NCBI GenBank assembly: GCA_013265495.1
Contig: MU058037.1
Location: forward strand, 1,675,498-1,739,497
Length of the DNA stretch: 64,000 nt
Direction: 5' to 3'
Source of the DNA: Vicugna vicugna
Taxonomy: Eukaryota
The translations under genes were made by a program, and so were the position numbers. This document shows, in pieces, positions 54,920 through 64,000 of the stretch. The number at the start of each line of letters is the position of its first letter. The first letter of the stretch is position 1. The notes beneath the pieces are model-generated. The model was given only the letters and a program-made list of their open reading frames with translations. It was not told where the DNA came from and searched no databases.

Positions 54920-55432
54920 CATCCTCATCAGGAGAACAGCTTTACCCTGGTCATCTTGCACATCTCTGCATAGGCCATGTAGGCAAGGTTCAACCACAGC
55001 CTGACATGTCATGGCAGAATGCCCTGTGATCTTGCCTGGAACGTGGCAAGACGGTCTTGTGAGGAACTATCCCAAGTCCATTTCTCATATGCTGCTCTGG
55101 TTCCAGTGAGGCATGGGACTTTCCATCTCACTGCAGCTTCAAGTACAGCTTCAGACTAAAGAACTGTTCAGCTATAATTTAGAGTTGGCTCCTCAATGAT
55201 GGAGTAACCCACCACTTATATTATCTATCATCTGGCCCCTCCAGTTTGATATCATCATGTGGGACTAGGGACGTGGAGAGTTGACACCATGCTGATCTTT
55301 TGTTACTGTCTGTATAAATAATAAATTTTCTAAATCCATTTGGGATTGTTTTTGCCTTACTGGCTGAATCTTGGAGGTATGATAAGCCAGCCTAGGAGCT
55401 GCCATCACCCTGCTGCTTACGTACTGCTTGAC
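54920..55432 (+). mobile_element. Ancient ERVL LTR (LTR40-like)
   Basis: 'gctgatcttttg...aataaattttctaaatccatttggg...ccttactggctgaatc...aagccagcctaggagctgcc...actgcttgac'. Confidence 0.6.
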
Positions 55433-56284
55433 CATTTGTCCCAGATCTGATCTAGGAAGTCCATAAATACTCCCAAAAGGAGTGAGCTCTGCTGAACCTC
55501 TGCCTGGATAAACTAGACCAGTCCAGCTTTTGCCTAGAAATCAGCAGCAACAACAGCAGCAGGAGCTGGATTTCAAATTTGAAAAGACTGAATTTGCCTT
55601 AATCATTGGGGCTCCCTGTGATAACCCCATAATTAATTAAAACCCTATGTTAATGTTGCAGGATGAAAACAAAACCCTGATCTAAACTCTTTCTTCTGAG
55701 TTTTAACATTATTTATTTACAAAACACCTAGATCTTAGGAAATTCCCTCATATTCAAAATGTTAGGTCCATTTTCATCAACATTTAGCAGTCTTATTGGT
55801 AGTAGCAAATGTGAACTGGCAAAATTGGTGCTAGATAACTTCAGAAGTTCTCTTTATAAATTAATACAGCTCTGTAAGTCAAAAATTTTAGTGTCAAAAT
55901 TTCTTAAAGTAGGAGACAAATTGTTTAATCTTTTGGCTAATAATTGACAGACTACAGAGGAATAAAGATGGCCAATGGGACAGGAAGATTGCTTTCTCTC
56001 TGCATAGATTTTGTCATTTTTTTCTTAAATGGGTCTTGTTTACTTTTAGGAAGATTGGAAAATTAAGGATGCTCATACCAAGTGGAATAAATCATTTATT
56101 CCCACTGACCAGGAACTGTATCCAGAAGGAGAGAGAGGCATGTAAGTTTGTCACTGCTTTTGACATTTTCTTGATTTTGAAAGGAAACTTAGTTATTTGG
56201 GTATCCAAGTAATGAAAATATTTTGGTTTCTTTAGTTTCTCTTAGAAACTATTTCAAATACTTTATAGCACATTGCAAAAGCTG

Positions 56285-57165
56285 TCATTTATTGTTTTTT
56301 CAATGTGAGCATCTACTTTATATAGGCCCTGTGCTAAGCACTATAGGTACAAAAATGAATAAAACATGGTTGCTCTCCTCGAATCCTATAAACAAAACAA
56401 AGCATACAAATAGATATTTTTGACATAAGGTAGCAAGGAAACTGACAGAGACATACAAAAGTATTTTGGGTATACTTTACAATATGAAAATATGAATACA
56501 TATCAATAAATAACCATCCTAGATTCTAAAATGGAAATATAATTTGTACATTGTATAATGTATTGTCTGTATTCATTCATTCAGCAGACATTTATTAAAT
56601 GGTTACTGTGTAGTAGGGACTAAGTTAAGCACCACGGATAAACTAGAGAATATATTGGATATGGCTCTCAACCCTATGGAGTTTACAATCTAGTAGAAAA
56701 CATACAATATACTAGTAAGCAAACAAAATATGTATATAAATGCAAATCATGAAAAATACTGGCATGAAATGTACAAGGTGTAATGATAGAGAACAACTGG
56801 GTCGAAGGAGAGAGGAAACTCCTTACAGTGATCAGAGAAGACTTCTCTGAGAGGTGACTTTTAGGCACAGTTTTGAGATATATGATGAATATAGGCAGAC
56901 AAAGATCAGAAGTAGTTCATTCAAGGGAGAAATAAAAGCATGTGTGAACCCCCTGGGGCAATAAAGAGTTTGATATGATTGAGGAACAGAAAGGAAATCT
57001 GTGTAGCTGAAGCATAGTGAATGGGCAAGGGCATGAAAGAGGGTAGAGAAATAGGCTAGAGTTGGAAAAAATAGGGTCTTGTAAGTTCATGTGGTAACTA
57101 GCTTGGGGTGCAGTGAAAAACCATTAAGACTTGTAAACAGGTCAGAAACATGATCTGAGTTATAT
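56285..57165 (-). mobile_element. Two L2 3' fragments
   Basis: 'gagcatctactttatataggccctgtgctaagcact' and 'attcattcattcagcagacatttattaaatgg'. Confidence 0.7.
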
Positions 57166-57184
57166 TTATAACTTCAGGAGTGGG

Positions 57185-58915
57185 GGCTTCTGTTTCCACA
57201 AAGACTAAGTAGAGATACTTTTCCCTAGTCTTCCCACTAAATACAACTTAAAACCCTGGACATTATAGATAAAACAAATCTAAGAAGACTGAAATGTGGA
57301 GAGAAAAAAAGCAAGGGAATTCAGATTCAAGGAATGACACAGTGGTGAGTTCCCCAGGGTTGTTAATGTTTTGCTCATCACAGACTTAGAGCTAAAGAAG
57401 CCAGCAACCTGGAAACACCAAATGCACAGACAAAAAAGTCCCAAGAAAAGCCTACACTTGTGAGTTAAGTGCCCAAGAAAGGGACAGCCTAGCAAGGCAG
57501 AAAACACTGAGACTATAACCACTTTCCTCCAGCCAGACACCACATAGAAAACTGAACCCCACCCCCACCTATGCCAGCAAAGGCAAAGTAGGGAGCCTAG
57601 ACTTCTTTACCTTCACCAGTCTATAGCAAGGCACTCCAGTGCTCCTGCCATGGTGGTGTCAGAGAAGGCCAAGTTGGAACTGGGACTTTCATCCTTGGCA
57701 GGTAGTAATGACCTCCCCTGCTCCCTTCTAGTATCTTGGAGCCTGGATTGCTACCTCTACCCAGCAGTAACAAATGTCCCCCTCTCTGCTGGAGTGTTGT
57801 CAGAGGAGTTCTTTTGGAGAATAAAGACTTAGATCATTGCCCAGCAGTAATGACACCACCTCCCACCCCATGATGTGAGCAGAGACCAAATGGTGAGCTT
57901 AAGTAATGAAACACTCCTACCCCTCCCATCCTGGGAGGTATTAATGGAAGTCTGTAGGAAAGTCAAAATTCCAACCATGGCCCAGCAGTAATGAGAAGCG
58001 CCACCTTCAGGTGTCAATGAAAGCTGAGTGGGGAACCTGGACTTTGATCACACCTGACTGAAAGAAGGCAGCACCCCTGCTTCCTCTGCTGAAGCAGTCT
58101 CACAACTAAAAACAAAGATTTGTATAAGATCCAGAGGCTCATAACATAATACCCAAACTGTCTAGATTTTATTTGAAATCCACTTGCCATACCAAGAAGC
58201 ATGAAGATCTCAAACTGAATGAAATAGGATAATCAATAAATGCGAGCAATAAGATGTCAGCATTATCTGACAAAGATTTTAAAGCAGCAATCATTAAAAA
58301 GCTTCAGTGAACAATTAAAAACACAGTTGAAATATACAAAAAAATAGAACATTTCAGCAAAGAAATAGAAGATATGAAGAAAGAAATAAAATTCAAGAAC
58401 TCAAAAATATAGTAACTGAAATAAAAAAATCAATGTAAAGGTGAAATGCAGAATAGAGGCAAATGAAGGATGAATTAGTGAACTGGAAGATAGAAAATAA
58501 AAATTACCAAATCTGAACAACAAAGAGGAAAGAGACTTAAAACAAACAAACAAAAAGAACAGAGCCTCAGGGACCTGTGACACAAAAACAAAAGATCCAA
58601 CATTAATGTCATTGGAATCCTGTAGGAGAGGAGAAAAAGGACAGCACTGAAAAAAGGCTCAAATAAATAATGGCAGGAAACTTCCCAAATGTGGCAAAAG
58701 ACATAAACCTACAGATTCAAGAGGTTGAGTGAATGCCAAATAAGATAACTGAACAAATACACACCAAGACATGTTATGGTCAAATTTCTGAAAACTAAAA
58801 GCAAAGGAAAAAAAAATCTCAAAAATAGCCAGACAGAAACAAGACCTTACCTATGGGGAAAACTGATTTGAATGATAGTTTTTTTCCGCATCAGAAGCCA
58901 CAGAGTCCAGAAGGA
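57185..58915 (+). mobile_element. Old L1 5' UTR and decayed ORF1
   Basis: ORF1-region motifs 'gaacagagcctcagggacctgtg', 'gaaaacttcccaaat', 'acctacagattcaagaggttgag', 'cacaccaagacat'. Confidence 0.8.
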
Positions 58916-59004
58916 TGTCAGCAAGATGACGGATTAGAACTCCAAATTCTTGCTCCCCAAACAGAAACATTAAACAAACAAAACAAAAACAAAAAACCCC
59001 AGAA

Positions 59005-60240
59005 ATATACATGCAAGAAAATGAATTTGGACCTTTACCTTACACAATATACAAAATCTAACTCAAGATAGATACATGACATAAATGTAAGAGCTAAAAC
59101 TCTAAAACTTTGAAGAAAAGAGACATGGAGACAATCTCCATGACACTGAATTCAGCAATGATTTCTTACATATGACAACAAAAGCACAGACAGTGAGGGA
59201 AAAAATAGGTAAATTGAACTTCATCAAAATTAAAAATTTTGTGTGTTAAAGGACACTATCAAGAGAGTGAAAAGACAAACCATAGAATGAAAGAAAGTAT
59301 TTACAAATAATATATCCAGTCCAGAATATTAAAGAACTCCTACAACCTAAGAACAAAAACAAACAACTCTTCTAAAAAATGGGCAAAGGACTCAAATAGA
59401 CATTTCTCCCAAGAAGATATACCTGAAGAAGATATACAAATGGCCAAAAAGCACATAAAAAAATTCACCATCAGTAATCATTAAGGAAATGTAAATTGAA
59501 ACAGTGAGATAGTACTTCACACTCATTAGTTGGCTACTATGAAAAAAATAGAAAATAACAAGTGTTGGTGAGGATGTGAGGAAATTGGAACCCTTGTACA
59601 TTGCTGCTAGGAATGTAAAATGATGCAGCTACTGTGGAAAATGGTTTGGCAGTTCCTCAAAAAATTAGAAAGAATTACCATACAATTGAACAATTCTACT
59701 TCTAGGTGTACATCCAAATGAATTAAAAGCAGGGACTCAATCAGATAGTTGTACAGCATTGTTCATAGCAACATTATTTACAATAGCCAAAAGGTGGAAA
59801 CAACCCAAATGTCCATCAGCAGATGAATGTATAAACAAAACATCATGTATACATACAATGAAATGTTATTCATCCTTAAAAAGGATTGAAGTTCTGAAAT
59901 ATGCTACAACGTGGATGAACCTTGAAAACATGCTAAGTGAAATAAGCCAGACACGAAAGGACAACTGTTGTATGATTGCACTTATATGAATTACCTAGAA
60001 TAGGCAAATTCAGAGAGACAGAAAGGAGAATATTGATTACTAGAGGCTGGAGGAGGGGAGAAAAGGGAGTTATTGTCTAATTGGTAAGTTTTGGAAATGG
60101 ATAGTGGTGATGGTTGTACAACATTGTGACTGTACTTGATGCCACTGAATTTACACTTAAAATGCTTAAAATGGTAAATTTTATGTCATGTATATTTTAT
60201 CATAATAAAAAATACTAAAATAAGGCAAAAAAACAAAAGG
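59005..60240 (+). mobile_element. L1MB-like 3' portion nested within the older L1
   Basis: ORF2 C-terminal remnant 59759-59989 ([19 protein letters not shown]...WMNLENMLSEISQ), a 3' UTR and an A-tail. Confidence 0.9.
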
Positions 60241-60244
60241 AAAA

Positions 60245-60840
60245 CTATAGAGTCCAAAAAGAAGTGATATAGTTCTCAATGTTTGTAGAGGATTCATATA
60301 AGACTATTATGGTATAAATGGAGAAGAATAAAGTCATATAAAGAGAGGTAAGGTTTCTAAACTTCATTTCAACTGATAAAATGATGACACCAGTAGACAG
60401 TAATAAGTTTTGTGTGTATGATGTAATTATACACACAAAGGAGCAGTCACTAAAAAGCTATTATACAAGAGATACACTCAAAACCAGTATCAATAAAATG
60501 AATTTGTAGAAAGTATTCAAGTAACCTACAGGAAGACAAGAAAAGAAAAAAATGAAAAACGGAGAGCAAACAGAAAACAAGAAACAAAATTGGCAGGCTT
60601 AAGCTCCAAGGTAATGACAATTACCTTAAATATAAATGGTCTAAGTTCACCAGTTAAAAGATTAGCAGAGTGAATTTAAAAACGTGATGCAGCTATATAC
60701 TGTCTATAAAAAACTCCAAATATAATGATATATGCAGGTTGAAAGTAAAAGGATAGAAAAAGATATATTGAGCAAATATTAATTAAAAATAAGCAGGAGT
60801 AGCTATATTAATGTCAGATAAAGAAGATTTCAAAGAGGGT
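60245..60840 (+). mobile_element. Continuation of the older L1: inter-ORF region and start of the ORF2 endonuclease (decayed)
   Basis: 'attaccttaaatataaatggtctaa...tatatactgtctat...aggttgaaagtaaaaggatagaaaaagatat...gcaggagtagctatattaatgtcagataaa'. Confidence 0.8.
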
Positions 60841-61695
60841 AGAAAACCAAAGGGGAAAAATAGAAGTGCTGGGATATTCATCTTATGAGGCAGAGTCAAG
60901 AGTTACTTTATAGAGTTGATGAAAAGGAAGTAAACTTTTAAATATTCCTTAAAGTTACAATGATAAGAAGTATAAGAGCTGAAAATAATCATATTGGGGG
61001 GAATTAAAGAAGCAGTAGATGTATAGTATGAGTTAGCAAAGTCCTCTTCTGCCTTGGCAGAAAGTCTATAGATAGCATCCTAAATTAATCCCAAATCTAT
61101 TAATGGTGACAATCGGCTTAAATGAGTTAAAATGGGAGGACTTAAGAGTAGGGCAGAGGACCACAGTTTAAGTCTTTCTATGCCATTTGATTATTAAGTC
61201 TTGTGCGTGTATTACTAGTAAACATTTAAAAGTATTTTAATTAAAACCAGAAGCCTCTACTGTGAATGACAAGAGCATAATGACTGACATCCCTTGCATG
61301 GTGTTTGAAATCATTTACAGGATGACCCCAGTCTAGCTTTACTTCTCTATTTCTATCCATTCCCTAGAATACTTTGTTTTGGCCACATGAGAAAATGAAG
61401 TCTCACTTCTCTTGTTAACTCTTCCTTAAGTGCCCTTGTCACCCATCAAGACCCTACTGAAAGGTAGATTCCTCTGTGGAGTGTTTCCCAAGTCAACCAC
61501 CCTCTACCCCAAGGGTAGAATTATCTCCTTCCCAGCATTTTTTTAAATTCAATTTTTATGTGTAATGGGTATACACCTTCTGAGTTCTAATAAGTAAATA
61601 GAAACATAAATTCTGGGAATTCAAAATAGAAAGCATTTCACATATTCACAGGGAAAAAGTGAAAGAATTGTGCATGTAATAAGAAAATATTGGGA

Positions 61696-61775
61696 GCCGC
61701 TCACCTGAGCCTGCCCGCTCTCCCCTTGAGAGTGTACTATCCATCCTTTAATAAATCCTCACTTTACTTTAAAAA
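61696..61775 (+). mobile_element. Short polyadenylated LTR R-region-like insertion with a candidate TSD
   Basis: GC-richer 75-nt segment with AATAAA (61750-61755) and an A tail, flanked by ATAT(T/C)GGGA. Confidence 0.6.
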
Positions 61776-62629
61776 TATATATATATCGGGACAACCACAT
61801 TAAAAAAGGGACATTTGTTAGTAGGAAAGTACAGTCTGTCTCCCTGGCAATTCTAATGGAGCACACTTCATGACAACTCCTCCTCTCTCCCTGACTTCAT
61901 GAAGATTCACCATATGTCTTCTAAGTCAGAAACCTTATTTTTAGAACAATATATTATTTCTCAGTTTGACTGAAGCCACACATCTTTCCTAGTTGGAGGA
62001 GGTATACTGTTTCCAATGTCATATAATTATAAGTTAACCCAATTTTAATGGGGTTTGGAATGTGAAAGAAGAAACAGGAATTGGTTGGTAATGAGAATTT
62101 GACAGTATTTTCTTGCTTCCCCAGCAAATACGTTTTGCAAAAGTCCTGTATGAAGGCATCATTACCAAGCTTTTTTTCCTTGGCATGTGGCACCTTTTAA
62201 TATTCTATGAAAACAGTCTTATGTTTTGGTTTATTTCATGGCAAATTATGCCATTCAAAGAAAGAGTATGTTATTATTTATTTTCCTTTGAATGTGTTCA
62301 GGTTTTTAAATTATTATCAAGGATTGGTTGTTCTAATGCCATGACTCTTATAGCACCCAATGTCTGAAAGTTTAGAAATAATGATTTGAGGCTTTACATC
62401 TGTTTAGGTATTAATCTGAGTATATAAATTCAAAAGGCAAAGTTAAGGATGTTTTCAGTAGCAAACCTTAATTTTCATTGAAGTATATGTCCTCATCAAA
62501 ATTACAGAGCATCTACATAATTATATTATTATACCTTTTATGAAAATAAATTTCATATAAAATTATAAGAAAAATAAACTTGCCAGAACATGTAGAATTG
62601 CAAAATGATATAATATACTTAGAAAGAGA

Positions 62630-62840
62630 GCTAAACTAGGGATGAGAAGAGTTGGGCCTTCTGTCTAAACTTCAAGTTCAAGTCTCTGTAATATTGAGCA
62701 AATCACATAATCCTGCTAACCCTCAGTATTTTCATCTGCAATATGGGGATTCTCATTCTTAGAATTTATTGAGGCTCAAATGAAAAAAAGTATTCAAAAT
62801 CACTGTAAGCTATACAAATGTAACCTAATGTTATTATTCA
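62630..62840 (+). mobile_element. MIR
   Basis: 'ttgagcaaatcacataatcctgctaaccctcagtattttcatctgcaatatgggg'. Confidence 0.7.
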
Positions 62841-64000
62841 AATTGCATAGAATTTGTAGTACAGTCTTCTAAATATCCTCAAAACTGGCAACCCTTTTTT
62901 TCTTGAAGAATAACTTTGACAGCCAAAATTCATTTGAAGCCATGTCTGGCCAGTAAATTAGATGCTCCATTTAGCTAATACTGTTTTTGGTTAAGGAAAA
63001 AAAAATGGTATAAAATAGACATTATTAAAAGCATGCCACATAAAATTATTGAAGTCAATGTTTTAAAAGTTCCCAAAATATTTTGAATTATATCAATAGC
63101 CCAAAGATGACTACTTTGAAGTCTTAACAATAATTGATTATATTTGGTTATGTTCCTTAAAAGAATATGTTTATCTGCATTTTAGTAATGTTCCCATGTA
63201 AGCGTCTAGATTTTTCTATCTTAAGTCTACATGTTTGGTTTAAAGATACTATTCTACAAAAGTTTAAAGTAGAGCACAAGATAATCAAGTAAATTTATGT
63301 TTGTAAATGAGACATGAAATATTCAGTTATTCATTTTTTTTCCTGTGAAAAGGTAAATCAAAGGTCAGCTCCTTTAAACTATTCCTTTTGTCAAGAATGT
63401 GAGTGAAGATTGGAAGGAGAAGGGAGGGTAGTAGGAAAGAAAATGTTTGAATTACAAAGTACCACTTCACTATCAACATATTTAAATGAGTACCTGCATA
63501 AAACAAAACTGGCTTAAAAAATTAAACCTTGCCTTTGTTCTCCATTTATGGAAATACCCTTTCTGCAGGCTAGATGAAAGTAAAATGTGGTTCAAGGTTC
63601 TCACTCCTTATGTAGGTAACTGTAGCTCCTACACATCATTGTTAGAATCCTCATGTGGCAGGGGGAGGCAGAAGTCATAGAATTATTGTATTTTTCCTCA
63701 GAAAAAGATTGTACCATGCTTAGAAAATATTGAACCTCATTTCCTTAACGGTACAACTTCTTATAAGCATAATCTCATGAAAAAGAAAGACTGACTACAT
63801 GCAAATTTTATTCCTAAACAGGAAGATGGAGTTGTAGCTAATTGGGAAAGAGATTAGAAAGATGATAGAATTGGCTAAAGCCAACATTTAGTTTAAAAAC
63901 ACTCCTCAGAAATTATATTAGATACCCAATGTGATCTTGCTTTGGGGGAAGGGATATTGTTTTCCTATATGCAGTGTGTTTCTCTTTTATCGTGGCTTTT

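Noticed and set aside
59759..59989. 76-aa ORF (also 5002-5418, 10916-11116, 36857-37159)
   Set aside because: Decayed L1 ORF2 remnants, not host genes.

Overview
Mammalian genomic DNA, most likely from a camelid. That assignment rests on a camelid-type tRNA-derived SINE at ~39.8 kb and camelid-type L1 3' ends. The window holds the 5' end of CNKSR2 (connector enhancer of KSR 2, a SAM/CRIC/PDZ/PH scaffold, X-linked in eutherians) on the minus strand. It has a CpG-island promoter (~47.6-49.6 kb), coding exon 1 (48287-48224), a 45,367-nt intron 1 and coding exon 2 (2856-2693, SAM domain). The rest is intron or upstream intergenic DNA with many L1, L2, MIR, LTR and DNA-transposon fossils, several of them nested or with intact target-site duplications (TSDs). 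I see no convincing new protein-coding system; nearly all other ORFs in the track are spurious or repeat-derived. The best leads are regulatory. They are a candidate 124-nt poison (NMD) cassette exon in intron 1, a minimal uORF plus two in-frame start codons, an interrupted GCG/GCA repeat in a possibly bidirectional promoter, and an apparent L1-mediated retrocopy of an LTR-like transcript end. Repeat subfamily names come from recalled consensus motifs, and repeat boundaries without a TSD are approximate.
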